Positions 27,502-36,126 of a stretch of 64,000 nt of DNA are shown here, piece by piece (position 1 is the first letter of the stretch; each line of letters starts with the position of its first letter). The stretch spans positions 81,434 through 145,433 of the forward strand of contig JBKJIQ010000047.1 in the NCBI GenBank assembly GCA_046598395.1, read 5' to 3'. Under the pieces are notes generated by a model. It saw nothing but the letters and a program-made list of their open reading frames with translations, made no database searches and was not told the DNA's origin. Position numbers and translations under genes: made by a program. The stretch is from Acidimicrobiia bacterium. Lineage in GTDB: Bacteria; Actinomycetota; Acidimicrobiia; IMCC26256; JAENVU01.

Positions 27502-29664
27502 ATGAACGCGCTCGCGCTCCGCTATATCCCCGACGCGAATATTCGCAAAGCCCTCGCGTGGCTGATCCCCCTCGGGATCGTTACCTTCGCGGTCACCGTG
27601 TACCCGTACCCGGCACCGCTGGGCATCATCCTCAACGGCGCGCTCGTGGGCGGCCGGATTGCGCTCATCGCACTGGGCATCGCACTGGTCTACCGGTCGA
27701 ACCGCGTCATCAACTTCGCCGCGGCCGATCTGGGGGTCGCGCCAGCCACGCTCACCGTGATGCTCGTACTCGGGTTCAGTTGGAACTATTGGCTCGGCGC
27801 GATCGTCGGGCTCACCAGCGCGCTGGTGCTCGGCGCGCTCACCGAACTCATCGTCATTCGACGGTTCCGCAACGCTCCGCGCCTGATTTTGACTGTCGCC
27901 ACCATCGGTGTTTCCCAGATCTTGCTGTACATCGCATTCGGGATTCCCGGGTGGCTCGGTGGCGACACGCTGAGCGGGCTGGGACAACGGTTGGCACCAC
28001 CGTTCACGATCAACTGGTCGTTCGGCGGGACCATCTTCAACGCCAACGACATCGTCACACTCGTGACGGTCCCGCTCTGCCTCGTCGCGCTCACGCTGTT
28101 TCTCACCAAGTCGCAGACCGGTACTGCGGTACGCGCCGCCGCCGAACGATCCGACCGAGCCGCGATGTTGGGCATTCCGGTCGGTCGGGTGCAGACCATC
28201 GTCTGGATCATCGCGTCGACCCTGGCCTTCATCGCGATCTTTCTCCGTGCGGGGACCGTCGGCCTGCCGATCGGATCAGCCCTCGGGCCGGCATTCTTGA
28301 TTCAAGCCATCGGCGCGGCAGTGATCGGCAGCTTCGAGCGCTTCCCGACCATCGCGATCGCATCGGTCGCGATCGGGATCCTCGACCAGTGCAACACATT
28401 CCAGTCCGGGAACCGCCCGGCGTTCAACGATGTCGCCCTGTTCCTCATTGTGCTGATTGCGCTGCTGTTCGCCAAGCGCGCCAGTACCACCCGCGCCGGC
28501 GACGTCAGTACGTGGAAAGCAGTCGGCGAAGTCAAGCGCGTTCCTCCCGAGATCGCCCGGCTCCCGGAGGTTCGATTCGCGCTCTGGGGCGTAGGGCTCG
28601 TGATCATCGGCGCGCTGATTGCACTTCCGGCGTTTCTCGCCGAATCGCGGTTGAGTCTTGCGAGCGTCATGGCCATCTTCTCGATGGTTGCGCTCTCCCT
28701 CGTGGTCCTCACCGGGTGGGCCGGCCAAGTGAGCCTTGGTCAAGTGGCGTTCATGGCTATCGGCGGAGCAGTCGGAGGTGCACTGACCTCGAACGAGGGT
28801 TGGGACATCTCGTTGGCGATGTTTGTTGCCGGGTTGGTCGGCGCGGCCGTTGCCGTGGTCATCGGGTACCCGGCGATTCGGCGACGAGGACTCACGCTGG
28901 CCGTCATCACGCTGGCCTTTGCCCTCGTGACCCAGACCTACATCCTGAACCGCGAGTTCTTCGGTGGCTGGCTCCCCGATTCACGCATCGAGCGACCCGA
29001 CATCTTCGGCGTCATCAGCATCAAGTCGGAGACGAGCTTCTACTACTTCTCGCTGGTGGTGCTCGGCCTCATGATGTTGGCCGCCCGCGGTATCCGCCGG
29101 AGCCGCACCGGCCGAGCCCTCGTTGCGATTCGCGAGAATGAAAGCGCGGCGCGCTCCTATGGCATCGACGCAGTGCGCACCACCGTGGTCGCATTCGCAA
29201 TCTCCGGATTCATGGCCGCAGTCGCGGGTGTGCTCTTCGTGCATGAACAAAACGGGCTCGGCACCGCCCCTTACCACCCGAGCGAGAGCCTCATCGCGTT
29301 CTCGACGGTCGTCATCGGCGGCTTGGGCTCGATCCCTGGTGCAGTCCTCGGGGCGTTCTATATCCGAGGCGCGCAGTACTTCCTACCCGGCAACTGGCAG
29401 TTGATCGCCAGCGGTGCCGGGGTCGTGCTGGTGCTGTGGCTCCTGCCTGGTGGTCTCGGCGCCGCACTGGTCCGGGCCCGGGACGCCTACCTGCGTTGGG
29501 TCGCCGGTCGGCGCGGCATTGTGGTCCCGAGCTTGCTGGCGGACCGGCGCGTGGAGACCGAATCGTCGGAAGCGGTCGCGCTCCCCCATGGCGCAACCCC
29601 GTTGCCCACTAGCGCAGCCGAAAACCAACCGGTTGGCGAAGCGATCTCCGAGGTCGCCCCATGA
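27502..29664 (+). CDS. fused LivH-LivM type ABC transporter permease
   Basis: The ATG at 27502 has GGAG upstream. The N-terminal half contains LGIALVYRSNRVINFAAADLG (LivH-like). The C-terminal half contains LTGWAGQVSLGQVAFMAIGG (LivM-like). About 720 aa with many TM helices. Confidence 0.88.
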   Translation: MNALALRYIPDANIRKALAWLIPLGIVTFAVTVYPYPAPLGIILNGALVGGRIALIALGIALVYRSNRVINFAAADLGVAPATLTVMLVLGFSWNYWLGAIVGLTSALVLGALTELIVIRRFRNAPRLILTVATIGVSQILLYIAFGIPGWLGGDTLSGLGQRLAPPFTINWSFGGTIFNANDIVTLVTVPLCLVALTLFLTKSQTGTAVRAAAERSDRAAMLGIPVGRVQTIVWIIASTLAFIAIFLRAGTVGLPIGSALGPAFLIQAIGAAVIGSFERFPTIAIASVAIGILDQCNTFQSGNRPAFNDVALFLIVLIALLFAKRASTTRAGDVSTWKAVGEVKRVPPEIARLPEVRFALWGVGLVIIGALIALPAFLAESRLSLASVMAIFSMVALSLVVLTGWAGQVSLGQVAFMAIGGAVGGALTSNEGWDISLAMFVAGLVGAAVAVVIGYPAIRRRGLTLAVITLAFALVTQTYILNREFFGGWLPDSRIERPDIFGVISIKSETSFYYFSLVVLGLMMLAARGIRRSRTGRALVAIRENESAARSYGIDAVRTTVVAFAISGFMAAVAGVLFVHEQNGLGTAPYHPSESLIAFSTVVIGGLGSIPGAVLGAFYIRGAQYFLPGNWQLIASGAGVVLVLWLLPGGLGAALVRARDAYLRWVAGRRGIVVPSLLADRRVETESSEAVALPHGATPLPTSAAENQPVGEAISEVAP

Positions 29665-32642
29665 CCGCGGTGGCTCGGCCCGACGGCGTTGGTCGGCTCC
29701 GCTATTGGGCGCGCTCCCTCGGCGGCGGCGCACCGCTCTACCCGATATTCGTCCTGTTTGGACTCACCGCGGTCGACCAGTTCGACAAGACCGCATTCCG
29801 GGTCCTGCTACCCGACATTGCGAAGGATCTCAACCTCACCATCGGCGACGCGATTCAACTCGTGGGCCTGGTTGGCGCGGCCGCAATTCTGCTCGCGGTC
29901 CCGATCGGCTTTCTCGCCGACCGGCGCAAGCGGGTTCCCATCGCGATCCTCGGTGGAGTGATCTGGGGTGCGTTCTCTCTGCTCACCGGTTTCGCCACGA
30001 CCACGTGGATCATGTTCATCGCTCGAGCCGGATCGCAGCTGGGTGAAGCCGCGAACGCCCCCACCCACAACTCGCTCCTCGCGGACTATTACCCCTTCGA
30101 GGCCCGCAACGGCGTGTTCTCCCTTCACCGAGCCGCCCTCGCGGTCGGTGCGGGCATCGGACCGCTCATCGCGGGGCCAGTCGGCGCCGCGTTCGGTTGG
30201 CGAGTTCCCTTCATCCTGTTCGCCATCCCCACTGCGATCATGGTGCTCCTCGCAACCCGACTCCGTGAGCCGGTCCGCGGTCACTACGAGCGAGCCGCGA
30301 TGGGCGCTTCGGAAGAAAGCATCGCCACCGAGGAGGTTCCGCCTTCGTTCGCAGAGTCGTGGCGCATCGTCTGGAACGTTGGCACGTTGCGGCGGATCTT
30401 CTACGCGCTCCCGTTCCTCGCGACGGCCTTCATCGGTCTGGGTGAGATGAGCAGCCTCTTCTACACGAAGATCTTCCATGTCGGGACCGCGCAACGCGGA
30501 TACATCGCGGCGGCCCTCGCCCCGGCTCAGCTCATCGCGCTGATGATCGGCGCGCCGATCGCGACCCGCCTCTTGCTGCGCGGACCTGCGCTGATTCCTC
30601 GCTTCATCGCCGCGGTGAGTGTCGGTGTGGCGGTGGCATGGGCCGGGTTCGCGTTGAGCCCGAACCTCGGAATCGCAATCGGGCTGAACGCGCTCCTCGT
30701 GGCGGGCGCGGTGCTCATCTCCCCGGTGATCTTCGTGATGTTGTCGCTCACGATTCCGCCCAAGGTTCGTTCGTTCGGTTACGCCGCGGCGTCGCTGTTC
30801 ATTCTCCCGGGGATCGTCATCTATCTCATCATCGGTGCGCTCGCGGACTCGATCGGGCTGCGCGCGGCCATCCTCATCAACGTGCCGATCTTCCTCCTCG
30901 GTTCGGCCCTCATCGCGAGTTCCGGACTGGAGATCGACCGCGACATCCGGAGGGTTTGGGGGCAGGCCGCTGCTCTTTCGGAGGTGTTGTTCGAGCGGCG
31001 CCAAGGCCGGGTCAAGATGCTGCTCTGCCGCGGCATCAATGTGAAGTACGACAACGTGCAGGTGCTCTTCAACGTCGATTTCGATATTGACGAGGGGGAG
31101 ATCGTCGCACTCCTCGGGACCAACGGTGCGGGGAAGTCGACCTTGCTGAAGGCGATCGCCGGTCTCGTTGAACCCGCCGACGGCTCCATCATCTTCGATG
31201 GCCGCGACATGACCTACACCCCGCCGAATGAGACCGCAGGCCGCGGTGTCACGATGGTTCCGGGAGGTCAAGGCGTGTTCCCGGCCCTGACCGTCAAAGA
31301 GAACCTCGGACTCGCAGGTTGGCTGCACCGCAAGGACAAGGCCCGCGTCGCCAAAGCAACCGAACACGTCCTCGACATCTTTCCCGTCTTGCGCGACCGC
31401 CTTGATCAAGCCGCGGGCAACCTCTCGGGTGGACAACAACAAATGCTCACCCTCGGCATGGCGTTTATCGAACGGCCCCGCCTCCTCATGATCGACGAAC
31501 TCTCGCTCGGCCTGGCACCAGCGGTCGTCGGTCAGCTGCTCGGGATCGTTCGTGAACTACGGGATTCCGGGACGACCATCATCCTCGTGGAGCAATCGGT
31601 CAACGTTGCGCTCACGATCGCGGAGACCGCCTATTTCATGGAGAAGGGAGAGATCCGGTTCCACGGTCCCACCGCCGAACTCTTGGACCGACCCGATGTG
31701 CTGCGTTCGGTCTTCCTCGAAGGCGCCGCTTCGAAGAACAGCACCGCAGCGAACACTGCACCAGCATCCCCGGCGACCACAACTCTTCGACCCACGGTCA
31801 ATGGAGATGCGTCAACCGAGGGCGAGAGTATCGATCGGCTGGAAGTCCGTGGTCTGAGGAAGCGGTACGGCGGGGTCGTGGCACTTGACGATGTGTCGCT
31901 CACGATTAGCGCCGGGGAAATCGTCGGGTTCATTGGCCCCAATGGTGCGGGAAAGACGTCGCTCTTCGATGCGATATCGGGGTTCCTTCCGATCGACGGC
32001 GGTCGGGTGCTGATGGCTGCCAACGACGGCGAGACCTACGACCTCACGGAGCGGCCCGCCCAGGTCCGGTCGCGCCTCGGACTCGGGCGATCGTTCCAGG
32101 ATGGTCGCCTCTTCCCCGCCCTGACGGTGCGCGAGACCATCGCGGTCGCACTCGAGTGCAGCGTCGCGGTGAAGGACCCCATTGCGGCGGCGCTCTACCT
32201 CCCCGCCGTCATCGACTCCGAAGCTGCGGTCTACGAACGCGTGGAGCAACTGATCGAGTTCATGGGCCTCGAAGCGTTCCGGGACAAGTTCACGCACGAA
32301 CTATCGACGGGCAGCCGGCGCATCGTCGACCTTGCGTGCGTCCTCGCTCACCAGCCCACCGTCTTGTTACTCGACGAGCCGTCGAGCGGAATCGCGCAGC
32401 GTGAGTCCGAGGCGCTCGGTCCATTGATGCTCAAGATTCGTGACCAACTCGGCGCGAGCCTGCTCGTGATCGAACACGACCTTCCGTTGCTGTCCTCGGT
32501 ATCTGATCGCATGATCGCGATGGATCTCGGCGCCGTGATAGCGATGGGTCCACCCCAGGAGGTGGTACACGACCCCGTGGTCGTGGCCTCGTACCTGGGA
32601 GACAACGAAGCCGCGATCGCTCGTTCGGGCGACCGGAACTAG
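29661..32642 (+). CDS. tri-domain protein: 12-TM MFS domain fused to LivF-like and LivG-like ABC ATPase domains
   Basis: 993-aa uninterrupted ORF with an ATGA overlap to the permease gene. Residues about 20-440 contain 12 hydrophobic segments and the MFS loop motif GFLADRRKR. NBD1 has Walker A GTNGAGKST, signature LSGGQQQ and Walker B LLMIDE. NBD2 has GPNGAGKTS, LSTGSRR and LLLDEP. Confidence 0.85.
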   Translation: MTAVARPDGVGRLRYWARSLGGGAPLYPIFVLFGLTAVDQFDKTAFRVLLPDIAKDLNLTIGDAIQLVGLVGAAAILLAVPIGFLADRRKRVPIAILGGVIWGAFSLLTGFATTTWIMFIARAGSQLGEAANAPTHNSLLADYYPFEARNGVFSLHRAALAVGAGIGPLIAGPVGAAFGWRVPFILFAIPTAIMVLLATRLREPVRGHYERAAMGASEESIATEEVPPSFAESWRIVWNVGTLRRIFYALPFLATAFIGLGEMSSLFYTKIFHVGTAQRGYIAAALAPAQLIALMIGAPIATRLLLRGPALIPRFIAAVSVGVAVAWAGFALSPNLGIAIGLNALLVAGAVLISPVIFVMLSLTIPPKVRSFGYAAASLFILPGIVIYLIIGALADSIGLRAAILINVPIFLLGSALIASSGLEIDRDIRRVWGQAAALSEVLFERRQGRVKMLLCRGINVKYDNVQVLFNVDFDIDEGEIVALLGTNGAGKSTLLKAIAGLVEPADGSIIFDGRDMTYTPPNETAGRGVTMVPGGQGVFPALTVKENLGLAGWLHRKDKARVAKATEHVLDIFPVLRDRLDQAAGNLSGGQQQMLTLGMAFIERPRLLMIDELSLGLAPAVVGQLLGIVRELRDSGTTIILVEQSVNVALTIAETAYFMEKGEIRFHGPTAELLDRPDVLRSVFLEGAASKNSTAANTAPASPATTTLRPTVNGDASTEGESIDRLEVRGLRKRYGGVVALDDVSLTISAGEIVGFIGPNGAGKTSLFDAISGFLPIDGGRVLMAANDGETYDLTERPAQVRSRLGLGRSFQDGRLFPALTVRETIAVALECSVAVKDPIAAALYLPAVIDSEAAVYERVEQLIEFMGLEAFRDKFTHELSTGSRRIVDLACVLAHQPTVLLLDEPSSGIAQRESEALGPLMLKIRDQLGASLLVIEHDLPLLSSVSDRMIAMDLGAVIAMGPPQEVVHDPVVVASYLGDNEAAIARSGDRN

Positions 32643-32651
32643 GGGGAAACT

Positions 32652-34358
32652 ATGGAACCGACTCAAGGCCGTACTGGCGGCGCCAATCGACCGAGCGCGG
32701 CAAAGCGTTACGGCCCGCTGGCGGTGATCGTGGCGATCGTGGCAGTGATCGCGATCATCTTCGCGGTCTCGAGTGGTGACGACAAGAAGTCAGAAACCAC
32801 GACCACAACCGGCTCCGGAGCCACCACGAGCGGCAAGGCGCCATGGACCTTGTTCGACAAGGCCGACACCACCACCAACTGGGGTCCGCACTGCGATACC
32901 AAGCTCGGCAAGATCAAGATCCCGTGGAACTATGCGGCGCCCTGTGCGAAGCAGTTCAGCGGTGACAACGGCGGTGCCACCGCCGACGGCGTCACCAAAG
33001 ACGCCATCAAGATCGTCGTCTACCAAGGCGACCCGGCGAAGAACCCGCTCCAGGCCGCTTCGGTCTCCAAGGCGGGCGGGGATGTGAGTCCGGCGAGCGC
33101 TCGGCTCACGTACGACGGCTACTTCAAGATGTTCTCGAAGTATTACAACACCTACGGCCGGAAACTCGACATCGTCTATTTCCCGGGAACCGGTGGTCCG
33201 ATGGACGAGGTCACGGCCCGCGCGGATGCCGACACGATCGCCGAGATGCATCCGTTCGCGGTGATCTCCGGCCCCAACCAGACTCCGGTCTGGGCCGAGG
33301 AACTGACCTCGAGGAACGTGTTGTGCCTGGGCAACTGTTCGCTCGCGGTGCCCACCAAGACCATCGAAGCGAATGCGCCGTACCTCCTCGGCGTCGGGCC
33401 CACCCCCGAACAGGCCGGGCTTATGACCGCCAAACTCGTGACTGGACAGCTGGCAGGTAAGAACGCGGTCTATGGCGGCGATGCGGTGAAGAACAAGAAG
33501 CGGGTGTTCGCGGTCACCCATTACGACACCGTCGACGGTCAACAAAAAGCCGCATTCGCGATACTGAAGGCCGCGCTCACCAAAGGCGGGGTGAAGATCG
33601 CCGCGGACCTGTCCTTCCAACTCGACCTTGCTCGTGGGCAAGAGAACGCCCGAGTCATGATCGCGAAGCTGAAGGAGGCCGGGGTCACCACCGTCGTGTA
33701 CACCGGCGACCCGCTCACACCCCAGAACCTCACCAAGGAGGCAACGGCTCAGAACTACTTCCCCGAGTGGGTGATCGGGTCGAACGTGCTCGTGGACATC
33801 GCGGTGTTCGGGCGCACGTACGATCAGGAACAGTGGAAGCACGCATTCGGCCTGGCCCTCACGCCAGCCCGCGTCAACCAGAGCGCCAACCCCGGGTACA
33901 ACCTCTATAAGTGGTTCAACGGTGGTCCGCCGCCGGACAACACCTACGGCATCATCCTCGGCGACCTGTCCCAGATCGTGGCCGGTATCCATATCACCGG
34001 TCCGAATTTGACCCCCGAGACGTTTAAGGACGCGATCTTCAACGCTCCGATCGCGGGAGGGAACCCGCTCGCGCCCCGCGCCTCACGAGGACAACACGGT
34101 CTCTGGCCGGGCGTCGATTGGGGCGGCTCGGACGACACCGGACTGATCTGGTGGAACCCGAAAGCCCGAGGCGAGAACGAAATCGGCGTGGTCGGCGACG
34201 GTCTCTACGAATACACCCAAATGGGCAAGCGCTGGATCCTCTCCGAGATCCCGACCACCGATCCCGGCCTCTTCGATCCGTCGAAATCGGTCTCGATCTT
34301 CACCGCAGTTCCCAAGCAGTACCAACCGCCGAGCTACCCCTCGCCGGCGAATAAATAG
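32652..34358 (+). CDS. ABC transporter substrate-binding protein (LivJ-superfamily-like, TM-anchored, 568 aa)
   Basis: The ATG has GGGGGA upstream and lies 9 nt after the ATPase gene stop. An N-terminal TM helix (LAVIVAIVAVIAIIFAV) is followed by a Thr/Ser-rich linker. It is paralogous to the next gene. The function call rests on operon context and overall pattern. Confidence 0.75.
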   Translation: MEPTQGRTGGANRPSAAKRYGPLAVIVAIVAVIAIIFAVSSGDDKKSETTTTTGSGATTSGKAPWTLFDKADTTTNWGPHCDTKLGKIKIPWNYAAPCAKQFSGDNGGATADGVTKDAIKIVVYQGDPAKNPLQAASVSKAGGDVSPASARLTYDGYFKMFSKYYNTYGRKLDIVYFPGTGGPMDEVTARADADTIAEMHPFAVISGPNQTPVWAEELTSRNVLCLGNCSLAVPTKTIEANAPYLLGVGPTPEQAGLMTAKLVTGQLAGKNAVYGGDAVKNKKRVFAVTHYDTVDGQQKAAFAILKAALTKGGVKIAADLSFQLDLARGQENARVMIAKLKEAGVTTVVYTGDPLTPQNLTKEATAQNYFPEWVIGSNVLVDIAVFGRTYDQEQWKHAFGLALTPARVNQSANPGYNLYKWFNGGPPPDNTYGIILGDLSQIVAGIHITGPNLTPETFKDAIFNAPIAGGNPLAPRASRGQHGLWPGVDWGGSDDTGLIWWNPKARGENEIGVVGDGLYEYTQMGKRWILSEIPTTDPGLFDPSKSVSIFTAVPKQYQPPSYPSPANK

Positions 34359-34371
34359 CGCACCATTGTGA

Positions 34372-34416
34372 GGGGTCATCTCCCGGTGCCGTGCCTCGGC
34401 GCCGGGAGGTGACCCC
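34372..34416 (+). other. intercistronic RNA stem-loop (19-bp stem, 7-nt loop) between the two binding-protein genes
   Basis: 34372..34390 ggggtcatctcccggtgcc pairs with 34398..34416 ggcgccgggaggtgacccc. That gives 17 Watson-Crick pairs plus 2 G-U pairs in the sense RNA; those two would be C-A mismatches in the antisense RNA. The loop is gtgcctc and there is no U-tract after it. Confidence 0.7.
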
Positions 34417-34431
34417 ACTACCCTGCGCGGT

Positions 34432-36126
34432 GTGGAACCCACCGCACGCACCCCCAGACCTGCCACGAGCCCGCTGCGCCGATACCTCCCCTTCGTCGCC
34501 GGAGTCGTGGTCATCGCGGTCGTGGTGGTCGCGGTCAATCTGGCCGGTGGCGACAAGAAGACCTCGACCCCCGCATCGACCAGCGGCGCGAACGGAGCCG
34601 TCGGCGGCGGGCCCGTCACCCTCACCGATGCCAACCGGTCCTCGGTCACCTGGGGTCCGCAATGTGACGTGAAACGCGGGACGGTGGCGGTGCCGCTGAC
34701 CTACGCCCCACCCTGCGTCAAGCCGTTTACCGGATCGAATGGGGGCGCAACCAGCCAAGGCGTTACCGCGACTGCGGTCACCGTCGTGCTGTACCAGGCC
34801 CAGCCCGACCTGTTGCAAAACGTCGCGCTCCAGCGCAGCGGCTCCGACGAATCGCTCGCCAACGAAGCCAAGACCGTCCAGCAGTACATCGACTTCTTCG
34901 AGTCGCACTACGAGAGCTACGGCCGCAAGGTCAACCTCGTGGTGTTCAAGGCAAGCGGAGCGCCCGATGACGACACATCCGCTCGGGCCGATGCCATCAA
35001 GGTCGCCAAAGAAATCAAGGCCTTCGCCTCCTTCGGCGGACCCGGCCAAACCGAGGCCTACGCACAGGAGTTGGCGGCGGACGGCGTCCTGTGCCTCGGC
35101 GACTGTTTGCTCGCTTCGTCGCAGTCTTTCGTCGATCAACGCGCACCGAACATCTGGCTCACGCTTCCTGCTGTCGACCAATCCGCAGTTCATTGGGCCA
35201 ACTTCGTGGGGAAAGAACTCAACGGTCACCGTGCACAGTGGGCCGGGGACGCGGCGCTCGAACAGAAGCAACGCGTGTTCGGTCTGGTGCGCTTCGACGA
35301 ATCCTTCGCCGGATTCCAAGAGGCCGGCAAACAACTCATCGCCGGCCTGAAGACGGCCGGGGTGAAGCTCGCCGTCGACGCGCCGTACGAACTCGACATC
35401 GCGAAGGCGCAGGAGAATGCCCGCAACACCATCGCCAAGCTCAAGTCCGCGCACGTGACGACGGTGATGTTCGCCGGCGACCCACTCACTCCCTCCTACA
35501 TCACCGCTGAGGCCACCGCCCAGAAGTACTTCCCCGAGTGGGTGGTGCTTGGCGCGGCGTACAGCGACACATCACTGTTCGGTCGCACGTTCGACCAGGC
35601 CCAATGGAAGCACGCGTTCGGTGTGACCTCGCTGTACGTTCCGACGCCCCAAAAGCTCGACCAGTACTCCGAGATCTTGGTGTGGCAGAACGGAACGGCT
35701 CCCGCGGCCAAGACCTACAAGCTGCTCGTGCAAGCACCCTTGATCTTCTACACGGCCATGCACTTGGCCGGTCCGAAGCTCACCCCCGACACATTCCGGA
35801 ATGCGCTGTTCCGCTTCCCCTCGAGCAAGACCGACCCGAGTCAGATCCACTTCTCGTGGGGCCACCACAACATCTGGAAGACCACCGATTACTTCGGCGC
35901 GGATGACGCCACCTTGATTTGGTGGAACCCCGATGCCACCGGCGCCGACGAGGTGGGCAACCAAGGCCGCGGAATGTGGGAGTTCGCCAACGGCGGGCAA
36001 CGCTTCTTGCCCACAGACTGGCCCGAGGGTGAGCCGAACCTCTTCACGCCCGCAAACTCGGTCACTCAGTTCAACCGCTTTCCGCCCGGCGAAGGTCCGC
36101 CGAGTTATCCCTCACCCGCTCCCTGA
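34432..36126 (+). CDS. ABC transporter substrate-binding protein, tandem paralog (564 aa, TM-anchored)
   Basis: The GTG start gives MEPTARTP..., parallel to MEPTQGRT... in the upstream paralog. Shared blocks include WGPQCD..., PPC.KPF.G.NGGAT and the C-terminal PPSYPSPA. Confidence 0.75.
   Translation: MEPTARTPRPATSPLRRYLPFVAGVVVIAVVVVAVNLAGGDKKTSTPASTSGANGAVGGGPVTLTDANRSSVTWGPQCDVKRGTVAVPLTYAPPCVKPFTGSNGGATSQGVTATAVTVVLYQAQPDLLQNVALQRSGSDESLANEAKTVQQYIDFFESHYESYGRKVNLVVFKASGAPDDDTSARADAIKVAKEIKAFASFGGPGQTEAYAQELAADGVLCLGDCLLASSQSFVDQRAPNIWLTLPAVDQSAVHWANFVGKELNGHRAQWAGDAALEQKQRVFGLVRFDESFAGFQEAGKQLIAGLKTAGVKLAVDAPYELDIAKAQENARNTIAKLKSAHVTTVMFAGDPLTPSYITAEATAQKYFPEWVVLGAAYSDTSLFGRTFDQAQWKHAFGVTSLYVPTPQKLDQYSEILVWQNGTAPAAKTYKLLVQAPLIFYTAMHLAGPKLTPDTFRNALFRFPSSKTDPSQIHFSWGHHNIWKTTDYFGADDATLIWWNPDATGADEVGNQGRGMWEFANGGQRFLPTDWPEGEPNLFTPANSVTQFNRFPPGEGPPSYPSPAP

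Noticed and set aside
29808-31442. 544-aa ORF on the minus strand
   Set aside because: It is antisense to the MFS-ABC fusion gene. The translation is dominated by R/D/E/G runs with no recognisable domain, so it is a GC-driven shadow ORF.
32790-35454. 400-aa and 384-aa minus-strand ORFs (32790..33992, 34300..35454)
   Set aside because: Both are antisense shadows of the two binding-protein genes and have no motifs.
36105-36126. Tail-to-tail gene overlaps (36105..36126, 37836..37839, 62292..62299, 6499..6502) as regulatory antisense arrangements
   Set aside because: Short convergent overlaps are common in compact high-GC genomes. Nothing in the sequence indicates a special function.
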